Assembly (NCBI RefSeq): GCF_036321535.1
Contig: NC_087449.1
Coordinates: forward strand, 46,624,001-46,688,000
Source: Camelus dromedarius
Taxonomy: Eukaryota
Direction: 5' to 3'
DNA length: 64,000 nucleotides
Below the pieces are notes generated by a model that was not told the DNA's origin, searched no databases, and saw only the letters and a list, made by a program, of their open reading frames with translations. The translations under genes were made by a program, and so were the position numbers. Every line of letters begins with the position of its first letter. Position 1 is the stretch's first letter. Below, piece after piece: positions 9,750-21,778 of the stretch.

Positions 9750-10930
9750 ACCAGGGCTGCCCACCTGACCACCAGGTTTCCAGTTATTTTTTTCCTTCCT
9801 AAGATCAACTGCCTATTTGGCTGTATAACTATTCTTTTTCCATTTGCCCTATGGAGGTGTGCTGTGTGCATGGTTCTGCACTTGGCTATTTTCATGTAGC
9901 AAAACATAGGACATTTTCCTCTCTCAGTAGATATAGAGCTATCTCATTCTTTTTTTTTTTTTAAATGCTTGAATGGTATTTCACTTTCCCCTATAGTAGA
10001 TGTAGAACTGTCTCTTAAAAAAAAAAAAGCCAAAGAATATATTTACTATATTTATCACTCTCATACTGATGACAGTTAAGGATGTTTTCGATCTTGTATT
10101 TTTATTATAAACATCGTTGCAATAAATACACTTGGACAATACACTAAACACATTTTGTGTGTATGTGTGTGTGTGTGTCTTCAAGATACATTCTTAGAAA
10201 TGGAATTTTGGGGGTTAAAGTATGTTCATTTAAAATTTTGATAGATATTGCCAAATCCCCTCCATAGATGTATCGATTTATGCTACCATCAGACATAAGA
10301 GTGCTTATTTCCCCCGAATTCTGCCAAGATAGAGCATTAGCAAACTTTCTGATCTTTGCTACTGGTATCTCATTATACGTTTACTTTGCATTTCTCTTAT
10401 TATGAGTGAGAATGAGCATCTTTTCCTATACTTAAGGGCTGCTTGTGTTTCTTTTTCTGTGAGCTGTCCTTTGCCTTTGCCCATTTTTCTTTTGGATGGT
10501 TGTCTTTTTAAAATTATTGATTTCTTAGGCACTCTTTATATATTAAAGAAATATGCCCTCTGGGGGAGGGTACAGCTCAGTGGTAGAGTTCATGTTTAGC
10601 ATGCACAAAGCCCTGGGTTCAATCCTAAGTACCTCCATTAAAAATAAATAAACCTAATTACCTCCCCCCTAAAACAATAGCAAAACCAAAGAAAAGAAAT
10701 ATGCTGTCTATGATACAAAGAGCAAGGATTCCACCCTCTCCTCTGAGTCTGACACTTGTATTTTGACTTTGCTTATGGAGTTTTTCCCGTGCAGAATTAC
10801 ACTTTTTTTTTTAATGTAGTCAAGTGTATCAGTCTTATCTTTTATGGCCTTTGGGTTTGGTCATAATTAGAAATACCTTCCCCACTCTGAGAACTGAAAG
10901 AAATTTTTCTCCCATGGTTTCTTCGAGCTA
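9750..10930 (-). mobile_element. Old L1M (L1MC/L1ME-like) 3' fragment interrupted by a SINE
   Basis: AT-rich antisense L1 text (aagatacattcttagaaatggaatt, catcttttcctatacttaagggc, tttgcccatttttct). Confidence 0.7.
10562..10692 (+). mobile_element. Camelid vic-1-like tRNA-derived SINE
   Basis: A box (acagctcagtggtagag), B box (gggttcaatcc), tail aataaataaacctaattacctcccc; 12-bp TSD aaagaaatatgc at 10545-10556 and 10693-10704. Confidence 0.85.
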
Positions 10931-12849
10931 AAGCAATTCTTTAAAGATATCACTCCCCTATTAAAACCTTGCAGTGACTTACCATTACTTTTATACTCAC
11001 ACCACTTTCCCAACATTGGCCGACAAAACCCCGAGCGACCTAGTCCTGCCTCACCTCCCATCACACGTCCCCCTGGAATCACTGCTCCGCGGTCACACTG
11101 GCCTACTTTCTGTTCCGGAGACGAGCCATGCTCTGTCCAGCCTCCTGCCTTTTGCACTCACTGCTCCCTCTGCCTGGACTGCTTTCCACCTGGCAGGTTC
11201 CTCCTCCTTACTCAGGTCTCCCTTTCTTACAGAGGCGTTCCCTGGTCACCCCATCTGGAGAGACCTCCCCCACCTCCTTAGCGGTCACTCTTCAGAACAG
11301 TCTTTGACGTGCCCTCCGAGAGCAGGGAGCTCCCCGGTTGTGCTCCTGCTGCGTCTCAAGGGCCTGGATGTCGCTGATGCCAGTTCCTATTTGTGAAGGG
11401 AAAGTTGGGTGCACACGAGGTGATGTGTGAGGACTGTCTGTTACTGTGTGAGGTGGGGTCGTTGTGTATTACGGGGGTAGTGTGGGGCATGTGTGTGTAT
11501 GTTTGGTGTGTGTGGTTGTGAATGTATATGCTGCTGGAGGTGGCTGGTGGGGTTGTGTGAGGCTGTGTGCCTGTGTGGTTGCATGTGTGTGGTCGTGTCT
11601 CTGTGTGTGGTTGGGTTATTCAATCCAAGTGATTGGATTGCCCAGGTCCTATCATTCTGACCAGGCCAGATGCTGCCCCTTGCCCCTGACAATGGGCAGG
11701 GCCCCCAACCAGTGGCCTTTGCTTTTTATTGAGTGAGTTGGGAGAGTCCCCATTCTGGAAAGAGGCTCTGAGGACCTTCAGACCCTGCTGTCCCACTCCA
11801 AGCCTCTGCTCCCTGAGCAAGGGAATGTGTGGGAGGCCATCTAGGCCATCCTCCTGCCTCAGGGCAGGGCTGTGTTGCATCAGGGCTTGGCAGCTGCCCT
11901 GGCCACCCCCACTCCCCTCAGGGCCTGCACCTGCTCTCTGGGGGCGGCAGGCCTGAAGCCTGCCACTGTAGTTTTCCCAGGCTGGTCTTATTCCCAGGCT
12001 GCACCCTGCATCTGAAACTCTGCCCAGGCCTCAGGCAAGGGCTTTCTGGGAAGAGGCAGGACCTTCCCTCTCCTGCTGAGATTTTCCTAGTGTTTGGGTG
12101 CAGGGGGTGAGGGTGAGGGTGGGGGGAGGGGTGGTGGGTGTGGTGGGGGGCTGGGCCCTCTCCTGGGCCTGAAGGCCCTCTCCATCCTTGAGCACAGAGG
12201 TGGAGCAGGCAGAACCCTCTGGAAGCGGTTTGGCGGAAGCATGGGGGCTCTCCAGCCCTGCTGAAGCATGTCTGGGGCTGTGGGTAGGAAGAGATGTCCC
12301 AGGACCCAGGCTGAAGTGTTGCTTTCCTTCCAAAACATCCAGAGCGACCTGGAACTTCTGCCTGCACCACTTTATCCTCAAGGGAGGTAATCTATTTTTC
12401 TGAGTTACTGTCAGGATTCAGCTATTCTGCAAGTGTGCCTGACCCCACCCCTCTCACCCATCCCAGGCCCTCACGCCATATCCTCTCTTTCTCCTCTGTC
12501 ATCAGCCTTTTGCTCTTCACTGGGTCTTTCCCATTATAACAAACATTCTGGTATTTCTCCATCTTAAAAAACAAGCAAACCTCCCTTGACCCCACTTCTT
12601 CCAGCATCTGCTTGATTTCTTTCCATCCTTTTATAGCAAAACTTCTCAAAGGAGTTGTCTTGATTCATTATCTCCTTTTATTCTCTCTCTCTCTCCTCTC
12701 CTGAGCTCATTCCAGTCAGGCTTTACTCCCCATATTCCCCCCAAACTGCTCTTGCCAACGTTCCCATGGCAAAATCCCACAGTCAAGTTTCTACCCTGAT
12801 CATTCCCTGCACTCCCAGCGGCCAGAACATCCCAGACTCCTGACTTTTC

Positions 12850-12910
12850 GCCTGCCTGCCTGCCTGCCTGCCTTCCTTCCTTCCTTCCTTCCTTCCTTCC
12901 TTCCTTCCTT
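12850..12910. repeat. Compound microsatellite (GCCT)n(TCCT)n
   Basis: Directly visible. Confidence 0.95.
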
Positions 12911-13206
12911 TCTCAGTCTCCTTTGCTGGTTCTTCTCGATCTCCCTGAATTCTAAACACTGGGGTGCCCCGGGGCTCAGTCCTAGGACCCCTTCTCTTCC
13001 CTGTCCTCATGCACTCTCCTGGTAATGTCATCCATCTCAGAATTTAAAATATCAAGACTAGGCCGACAGCTCCCAGCTCCTTATCTCCAGCCCAGACCAT
13101 TTCCCTGAACTCCAGATCCCTGTATGCAGCTGTGACTCAGCCTCTCCCTCGGGGCATCTAGCAGTTATCACAAACTTATCATGTCCCCAATTAAGCTTCA
13201 TCTTAA

Positions 13207-13411
13207 TAGGATTGCCAGATTTAGAAACGCTTTGTTTCTAAACAAAAAGAAAAGTAAAAACCAAACCAAAACAAACTGAGGACACTCAGTTAAATTTGAA
13301 TTTCAGATAGTCCATGAGAGTCCTTACTTATACTAAAAAGAGAAAAACGTATCGGTTGTTTATCTGAAATTAAAATTTAACTGGGTGTCCCATAGTCTAT
13401 CTGGCAACCTA
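13207..13411. mobile_element. Palindromic hAT MITE (MER53-like)
   Basis: TIRs taggattgccagat / atctggcaaccta; internal inverted arms 13287-13309 and 13361-13383 with one mismatch. Confidence 0.7.
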
Positions 13412-13922
13412 TTCCTTAGATTCCTCCCTGACCTTCTCTCCTCACATACTCTCAGAGTAAACAGTGGTTTTACTCATCTACCTGTTCAGGCTCCAAACCT
13501 TAGAGTCACGTTGACTCATTTTTCCCATATTCCACATTCAAGATCAGTGAATCATTTTGCCAGTACATTCAGAACATTTTCAGAATCTGGACACGTCTTA
13601 TCGACACCATTAGTGCTAGTCTGGTAGCATTAAAGCCATGAGTCATTTCTTTGCTGCATTATTGAAGTAGCCTTAGAGCTGGTCGCCCTGCTTTATCCCT
13701 TGTCCCCATTCATCTGTTGCTAACACAGCCACTAACTTTTGTTTAAAATGCTCCACTGGCTTCCTGCTCACTCAGAGTGACAGCCAAAAGCATCAGGATG
13801 GGCTGTAAGACCCTGTGCAAGATGGTCCTTCTCAGGCCTCATCGGAATGCTCTAGCCTCCTTTTCCATGCCTCTAGGCGCTCCCGCTGCCCTAGCTTGTT
13901 GGCTTCCTTGTTGTCCTGGGTG

Positions 13923-14545
13923 TGAGACAGGAAGCAAGGGGACAGGTCACAGCCGTGAAAGGAATGACACAGCAGTTAGCACCAAGATGGTGGAAAAGTG
14001 AACTCCCAATAGACCTGCAGGCCCAAGGTGGTGGGAGATTCGTCCTCCAGGGGGCCTTGGGCTTCATTTCATGTATTGTAATGAACTAGCATGGTAAATG
14101 ACACACCTACAGCCATGAAACACCTAACCATGAAAGGTCAAATAGAGGGCGCAGCCAATTCCTGGGAATTCCCACCCCTTCCCCAAAGCAGTTGGAATAA
14201 TCCTCTACTTGTTAGCATATAAAAACTAGCAACACCTCGCCTTGAAGTTGCTCCGTCTCTCTCGCCCTCTGAGACAGCCTGCACTGTGCCTATGGAATGT
14301 GTATCTACTTATACTTTACACTAAACACCCAACCCCACACCTCTTGGCCTTCCTCTTGCCTTCTGAGATGGCCTACACTCTAGTGTGCATCTCTCTAAAT
14401 AAATCTACTTTTACTCAGCTATGGCTTGCTCTAGAAGTCTTTCCTGCACACAGCCAAGAACCCTCACTTGGCAGGGCGTGTCCCAGGGACTTGACGGAGA
14501 CCTGGGACAGGGCCATCCTCTGGTGCTCCCCATTATCCTGTACCA
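13923..14545 (+). mobile_element. ERV1 solo LTR, MER41-like
   Basis: TG...CA ends (TGAGACAGG / CCTGTACCA), 4-bp TSD GGTG at 13919-13922 and 14546-14549, TATAAAA 14218-14224, AATAAA 14398-14403. Confidence 0.85.
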
Positions 14546-15181
14546 GGTGCTCGCTGGGTCTTCCAGCCTCAGGGCGTGGAAACTTGCCCTTCTATCTAAC
14601 GCACTCTCCCTCCAGACCTCTGCCTGGCTTGCTCCCTCGCCTCCTCTGGCCTCCCCATTCAAATCTCAGTTCCCCTCCCCACAGTCCCTACTTCCCTTCC
14701 TGCTTTACTTTTCTCTTTAGCACTAGAATCATGTGACATATTTCATATTTTGCTTCCTCTTGTTAACTGTCTCCCCATCACTAGAATTTACGGGGATGGC
14801 CATTTTTGCTTCTTGGGTCCACTTGTGTATTCCCAGCGCCTGAAGCAGTGCCTGGCATTTTGTATACAAAAGAACTTGCCAAATGAGCGAATGACCTGCA
14901 TTGAGCACAGTAAGCTCCCATCCCAGGTCAGCACACGGCAGCTGTTTAATCAGCTCCCTTCTAGCTTAGCATCTGACCCTCCTGAGCCTATCCCTGACCA
15001 CCTTCCCCCCTCCAGGAAGCCTTTACTGACTTAGCCTTGTCTGTCTCCCTTTCTTCTTGCCACTGGGCCCAAACCCCCAGTACTCAAAGGGTCAGGTGGG
15101 CTGTCTGTCTGGCTGAGGCTGTCTGTCCTTATGTAGCCTCTGCTGTCCCAGATGGAAGGAGGCTCTTAGCTTGGGCCGTCC

Positions 15182-15218
15182 TTTTTGCTTGTTTGTTTTT
15201 GGGAGGTGGTAATTAGGG

Positions 15219-15249
<31 letters not shown>

Positions 15250-15337
15250 CTTACTTAATGGAAGTACTGGGGTTTGAACCCAGGACCTCGTGCATGCTAA
15301 GCACATGCTCTACCACTGAGCTATACCTTTCTCTCCC
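15182..15337 (-). mobile_element. vic-1-like SINE with (ATTT)n expansion
   Basis: Reverse complement of the same SINE (ggtaattaggg, ttgaacccaggacc, ctctaccactgagctatacc). Confidence 0.85.
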
Positions 15338-15379
15338 TGAATATTTTTCTTTTATTATTACTTATTTTTTACTAAAAAA

Positions 15380-15502
15380 TTTTTTTTGATGGGCAGGGAG
15401 GTAATTAGGTTTGTTTATTTATTTAATGGAGGTACTGGGGATTGAACCCAGGACCTCGTGCATGCTAAGCACACTCTTTACCACTGAGTTCTACCCTCCC
15501 CC
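15380..15502 (-). mobile_element. vic-1-like SINE (tandem neighbour)
   Basis: ggaggtaattaggtttgtttatttatttaatggaggtactggggattgaacccaggacc...ctaccctcccc. Confidence 0.85.
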
Positions 15503-16204
15503 AACTTGGGCTTTTCTTTGAGCTGCAAGGATGTGGGGCATGAGGAAGCCAGTCCAGGGTGAGGTGTGTGCAACAGGCCTGAAGTCAGCTGGCCACCTGC
15601 TGTGTGGGAGCTTCCAGAGCCTTGACCCTGGGCCGAGGAGGTGATGGGCATTGGGCACTGAGGAGTAGAGCCTAGGATGGGTCTGGGTTGCAAGGCTGTG
15701 GTTCCTGAACTCACTGCTCCTACAAATTGGGGAGGTCCTGACCTAGGCGCCTGAGTAGATGGTTTGCTATTAGCTAAGCCGGGAGCAAAAGAGGAACAAA
15801 TTGGGTGAGGCAGAAGAAAATGGTAGGGTGGGGTCCTTGCGCCTGGAGCTTGCTAAATGATATTTGCATTTGTAAATGATATTCTGATATGGCCACTTTG
15901 ACAAAGGCCATTGGCACATTCTGAAGTGGCCTGTAAAAATCCTTTCTTATGATGCAAGGGCATAAAAGATGGTTTTGCCCCACCCCACACTCCATCCCTG
16001 AGCCTCCCCTAATGCCCAACACTTAGATCCCAGATCCTCAAGGCTGGGGTGTGGCTGGGACTGGTTGTTTTTATACAACCAAATTGTCCTCTGCATCCAA
16101 ATTCCCTTCTGCGTGGTCTGAGGTCCCTGTGGGACACACGCGTGTCTGCCAGATGTCTGGGCCTGGGCCTTGAGGAAGAGAAGACCCGTGGGAGCCCTCG
16201 TGCC

Positions 16205-16850
16205 TTGCTGGTGTGCATGCAAAATGGTGCCACTGCTGTGGAAAACAATCTGGTGGTTCCTCAAAAAGTGAAACATAGAATTACCACTTGACCCAGCAAG
16301 TTCACGCCTAGGTATACACTGGAAAGATCTGAGAATAGAGACTCAAATACATGTACATGGATGGTTGGAGCAGCGCTATTCACAAAAGCCAAGAGAAGTG
16401 TTTGAAAACAACCCAAATGGCCATCAAAGGAAGNNNNNNNNNNNNNNNNNNNNNNNNNNNNNNNNNNNNNNNNNNNNNNNNNNNNNNNNNNNNNNNNNNN
16501 NNNNNNNNNNNNNNNNNNNNNNNNNNNNNNNNNNNNNNNNNNNNNNNNNNNNNNNNNNNNNNCACAAACGACAAATACCATATGATTTCACTCCTATGAA
16601 ATATCTAGAATTAATGAATTCATAGAGACAGTAAGTTGTTAGAGGTGACCAGGAGCTGGGTGGAGGAATCAGTGGTGGTTATTGTTTAATGGGTACAGAC
16701 TCTTTTTTAGAGGTGATGAAAAAGTTCTGGAAATAATAGTGGTGGTTGTATACCTTTTGGAGGTAATTAACACTATTGAATTTTACACTTAAAATGATTT
16801 AAATGGTAATTTCATGTCATATATATTTTATCACAGTAAAAAAAAATTAA
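16205..16850 (+). mobile_element. L1MB-like 3' end containing an assembly gap
   Basis: gcaaaatggtgccactgctgtggaaaac...catagaattacc...gtgatgaaaaagttctggaaat...aatttcatgtcatatatattttatcac plus A tail. Confidence 0.8.
16434..16562. other. Assembly gap (129 N)
   Basis: N run inside an L1. Confidence 1.
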
Positions 16851-19057
16851 GGAAAAAGAAAGCAGGGATGGAAATATAGATCTGGGAGTCGGCAGTGTCC
16901 AGATGGTAATGAAGGCCACGGGGAAGGGTGTGGAGACTGAAGAGAGCAGATCAATGACCTGGGACAAAGCCCTGAGGACCTCCAGTGAAGGGTGCGGCTC
17001 AAGGAGGTTGGTGGGGAGTGGTTGGAGTGGCCAGAAAACTGAAGAGCGGTGTTCTAGAATCTTGGGGACATTAGTCAGCACTCTTGATGGCAAATGACAG
17101 AAATCCACTTTGAGTTAGCTTGAGCGCAAAGAGGGATTGATTGGTTTGTAGAAACGTGGGGAGGGCAGGGGTACCTTGGGGCCCAGGAAGCACCTGGCCA
17201 GAGTCAGGTCTGCTTTCTAGGACCTCTCTCCTGCTTGCCTCACTAACCTCTGCTCCTCTTGGACTGCTGTCCTCCTCCCTCTCATACTGATGGGCTTCTG
17301 TGCCAGGCATTTGCTCACCGTCACCAGCAGCTCTGAACGGACACCTCCCCAGGTTTCACCTCTATACGCTTCCCTTAGGAAGGAATCAGATAAACTGGGG
17401 AAGAACTCTGGATGGCTCCACTTGAAGCATATATCCACCCTGAGGTCAGGGGGCAAGACGCAGGACCGGCAGTTGCCTTTAGCATCCCTGTTTAGAGGGA
17501 GAGGAGAATCTGGGGTGGACAGGACACACAGGAGAAGAGGCTCAACAAGGAAAGTCATTTACCCTCTAAAGTGGTTCATGGCATGAGACGAGGACTTTGA
17601 GGACTGCTGGGCTTAGTGACAAAGGAATCTCAGGTGTGCTCGGCAAGGGCAGGTTTGAGTGGGGTGCTGGGGCAGAGACTGGATCATAGCTGGTGGGCGT
17701 GAGTGGAAGGTAAGAATGCTCTGACTCAGGAGGCACAGTTGAGAAAGCCAGGAGGTAACTGTAGGAGATGTGGGGTCAAGGAAGGGTTTTATTTCTGTTT
17801 TTTTGGATGGGAGATGCTTAAATGCCGAGAAAACCAGGGAGAATGGAGGTTGAAGAAACAGGAGAGAGTAAGGAAGTGGAGAGAGAGGGTATCTGAGCAC
17901 TCGGGGCTTTGGGAGGGAGAGATTAGAGTGTTGGCAGGAGCAGGCTCACCCCTTTCACTGGAGGGGTCCTGTGCGGATACAGGTTGGTCTGTAGGTCTGG
18001 TGGCTGTTGATGGGAGCGCATTCTTCTCAGTTAGCGCCTACTTTCTTGGAGAGGTAAGTTGGAAACAAGATGGAACTGGCTAGAAGGTTCAAGGAGAGTG
18101 AAGAAAGTTGAGAAGGCTGTCACCACAAGCACGCATAGGCTGGATCCAGGTGGAAGGGGACATAGGAAACAACTGGCAGTGGGAGAAGTTCACAGGGTCA
18201 GGTCTGGAGGTCACCTGTTGATCTGTTGACCAGACTTAGGCGGATGTTGAGGGAGGAGCAAGGTGAGAGGGCTGGGAGCTGAGGTTGGAGAGGGGATGAC
18301 TAGCACCTGCCTCGCCCTTTCCTCCTTCCCTCCTGTTCCAGTAGGTATCCTGTCCCTTTTCTGTCAAAGTTGGAGCCTCCACCTGAGCTCTGCACCTCAT
18401 TCCCTCTGGCCTCTTGGGGACCTTGACCTTCTTTCTCCTCTACTGGATTCATCTTGCCACTTTTAAATATTCCCGTCTCTCTTATTGTAAAATGAAAAAA
18501 AAGTTTTTTTTTTTTGCTTGAATGTTCCCATTCTCTTGCAGCTAATACCCTTTCCTTTTCTATTCTTCTTGGAGCCACCATTTCCAACCAGTTGTCTACA
18601 CTTGCTGTCTCTATTTGCTTGGACCTCACTGTCCCCTCACTTCACTGGGACCTGGTCTCTGTACCCTGTTCTCTACAGATGGTACTCCTGCCATGAGCGC
18701 CAATGACCATCTTTTTAATCTAATGAAAACTTTTCAGTCTTTATCTGCTTTGACTCATGATGAGTGTTTGGCCCTGATGATCACTTTCTCCTCCTTCTAG
18801 AACTTCTCTAGAAACGTCTAGAAGTTCTAGAAACATCTATTGGCTTCTGTGACATCAAATTCCTTATCTATGACATTGTATTCCCTTGGCTTCTATGGTA
18901 TTGGCTTACCCCACAGTCCCACTCCATTTGGCCTTTAAGCCTCCATCCTTGGGAATCTTATATTCTCCCCTAAACAGTCTCTGTACAGTATTAGCCACTT
19001 TCAAGGCTAAGTTACCACTTAGCCATCAAGGCCCAGATATAAGATAAAAAAAAACAC

Positions 19058-19670
19058 CTGGACATAGATTCAGAGAAAACTCTAACTCAAGAAGATACAT
19101 GCTTCNNNNNNNNNNNNNNNNNNNNNNNNNNNNNNNNNNNNNNNNNNNNNNNNNNNNNNNNNNNNNNNNNNNNNNNNNNNNNNNNNNNNNNNNNNNNNNN
19201 NNNNNNNNNNNNNNNNNNNNNNNNNNNNNNNNNNNNNNNNNNNNNNNNNNNNNNNNNNNNNNNNNNNNNNNNNNNNNNNNNNNNNNNNNNNAAGTCACAC
19301 AGAGAAAGACAAGTATCATATGATATCACTTACATATGAAATCTTAAGAAAAAGATACAAATGAATTTATTTATAAACTGGAAATAGACTCACAGACATA
19401 GAAAACAAACTATGGTTACCAAAGGGGGAAGAGGTTGTGGGGAGAGATAAATTAGGAGTTTGGGATTAACATATGCACACTACTATACATAAAATAGATA
19501 AACAACAAGGACCTACTGTATACCATAGGGAACTATGTTCATTATCTTGTAAAAACCTATAATGGAAAGGAATCTGAAAAAGAATATATGTATATGTATA
19601 ACTGAATCACTTTGCTGTACACCTGAAACTAACACATTGTAAATCAACTTTATTTCAATTGAAAAAAAAA
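19058..19670 (+). mobile_element. Cetartiodactyl-type L1 3' end containing an assembly gap
   Basis: cagagaaagacaagtatcatatgatatcacttac...aactgaatcactttgctgtacacctgaaactaacacattgtaaatcaac plus A tail. Confidence 0.85.
19106..19291. other. Assembly gap (186 N)
   Basis: N run inside an L1. Confidence 1.
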
Positions 19671-21468
19671 CCCAAACAAAAACAAAAAACAACCCCCATG
19701 AAAACCAAATAAAAATCAACCCCTATACTCCCAGTGAGGAGACTCTCCAAAAAGTTTGGGGGCTAATTTGAATACATAAACTTTTAGTGTGGCTGAAATA
19801 ATAATGTACTTTATTAACTTAGTTTGCTGTACATTTGGAAAATCACATATTATATAAAACATTGTAGTAAGATGTATTATTTTTTTCTCCCCTCTTATTT
19901 CATTTAAACTTTTAACAATTTTCTTTAACACTTGGGTCAGTATCATTAGAATTTTGTTTGTTATCATTAACCTTTTGTAGAACACACAAACTTTATTTTT
20001 GCCCAAGTCATTTGTGACATAGTGCTTTTTGGATCTGTGTATGATGCTGGAAACTTTATTCTCTGCCACAAAAGCCTGATTGCATAATATTAGGTTGCAT
20101 AAACGTAAAAGTAAAATCACCTGGTAGGTGTGTATTTGTCGTCTCCACAACACTCCTTTATTGTTCTTAAAGTGATTTTTTTTTTAGAAGAGCTTGCTTA
20201 AAAAGACAAATACTCCCAATTATAAGATCATAGCCCCAGGAATGATGATTGGATCTGTGTGAAATGTCTTTGCCTCCATTTTTTTCTGATTCTCCCAAGC
20301 AATCTCTATGCATATCCAAAACTTCATTGACTAAGGTTATTTCAGGCTAAAGAATTTTCCCCAAAGAGCATTTTGTTGTTCAAAAAGTGATAATTGTGAG
20401 CGTGCCCCTTAATGTGGGAGACTTTGTGAGGACTGGAATATAAGACAAATCCTTCCTACCTGAGGGATAATTTTGGAGCAAAATCTTATCTCACATTCAG
20501 GTGTTTTGCTGACAACTCCCAAATTGGTATCTTCTGGCCAGTGCTTTCCCACTTATATCCAACAACTAGACAACTCCACCTGGATGCCAATCACTCAGTC
20601 AGTTGATGCGTTATTTTTGAGTACCTACTATGTGTCAAGCACTGTTTCAGGTGCTGGTGGATAAAGGGGTGAACACGACAGAGGCCCTGTTCTCAAGGAG
20701 CTCATCCTAGTGAGATGACACAGAGAATAAACATGTGAACACATAAGAAAATTTCATATACTAGTAAATGCCATGAAGAAGATAAAATGGGGTCATGTAG
20801 TGGAGGGGGACCATGTGTGGAGTGTGTGTGTTTCATTGGGGGAGGGAGTGGGGAGCAGGTCAGAAAGAAGATCCATCTGGAGGAGAGGATGTCTGATATG
20901 AGGTGAGAATGCCAAACAGACGGTCTCGTGAAGCTCTGGGGCAAAGCGTTTTCAGCAGAAGCCAGGGCGAAGACTCCGAGATGGGGGAAGGCCACTGTGG
21001 GTGGGGCACGTGACAAGGCTTGAGCTTAGGGAGATGAGCTTGGAGAGGTAGCCAGGGCCCCACCAAGTAGGGTCTTGTAGTCCACGGCATAGAGTTTGTT
21101 TATTTTCATTTTTATAGCCACAGTGAGAAGCCACTTGGAGGGTTTTAAGCAAGGGAGTGACTTGGCCTGGCTTACATGATAGAAAGATCGCTCCACATGG
21201 AGGAGGAATTGCAGAGGAGCAAGAGTGGGGACAGGGAGCCAGCAGCTGCTTGTGTCCAGTGTTCAGTGAGGTGGCTTGGCCTGGGCACTTGGAGGTGGTG
21301 GGAAGGAAATGGATTTTGAACATATTCTGAAATTATATCCAATGGGACTCGCTAATAGTGTGGATGTGATTATGAGGAAAGAGACACCTAGGTTTTTGAA
21401 TTGTACAGTTGGGTGGATAGGAATGTCATCTTCCAAGATGAAGAAGACCAGAAGAGAACATAAATCTG

Positions 21469-21778
21469 CTTTTTAAAAAATTTTTAAATTTTTTATTGAC
21501 GTGTAGTTGATTTACAATGTTAGTTTCATGTGTACAGCAAAGTGATTCAGTTATACATATATACATACATATATATATATATATTCTCTTTTCAGATTCT
21601 TTTCCATTACTGCTCATTATAAGAAATTGAATATATTTCCCTGTGCTATACAGTAGGTCCTTGTTGTTTATCTATTTTATGTATAGTAATGTGTGTCTAT
21701 TAATCCCAAACTCCTAATCTATCCTTTCCCCGCCCCCTTTCCCCCTGGTAACCACAGTTTGTTTTCTATTTGAGTCTA
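21469..21778 (-). mobile_element. Cetartiodactyl-type L1 3' tail
   Basis: Reverse complement of the family at 19058-19670; TSD ataaatctg at 21460-21468 and 21779-21787. Confidence 0.85.

Larger units (their letters stand above)
12380..14900 (+). mobile_element. Long L2 remnant interrupted by a microsatellite, a hAT MITE and a solo LTR
   Basis: L2-type text (cattccagtcaggctttactccc, ccagcccagaccatttccctgaactccagatccc, cccagcgcctgaagcagtgcctggca). Confidence 0.7.

Noticed and set aside
10562-10640. tRNA-like A and B boxes as tRNA genes
   Set aside because: They are heads of tRNA-derived SINEs with tails and TSDs; no complete cloverleaf.
13287-13383. MER53-like hairpin as a miR-1302-type precursor
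   Set aside because: MER53 gave rise to miR-1302, but here only tacttatactaaa remains. The recalled seed (TTGGGACA) is lost and its pairing arm is largely deleted.
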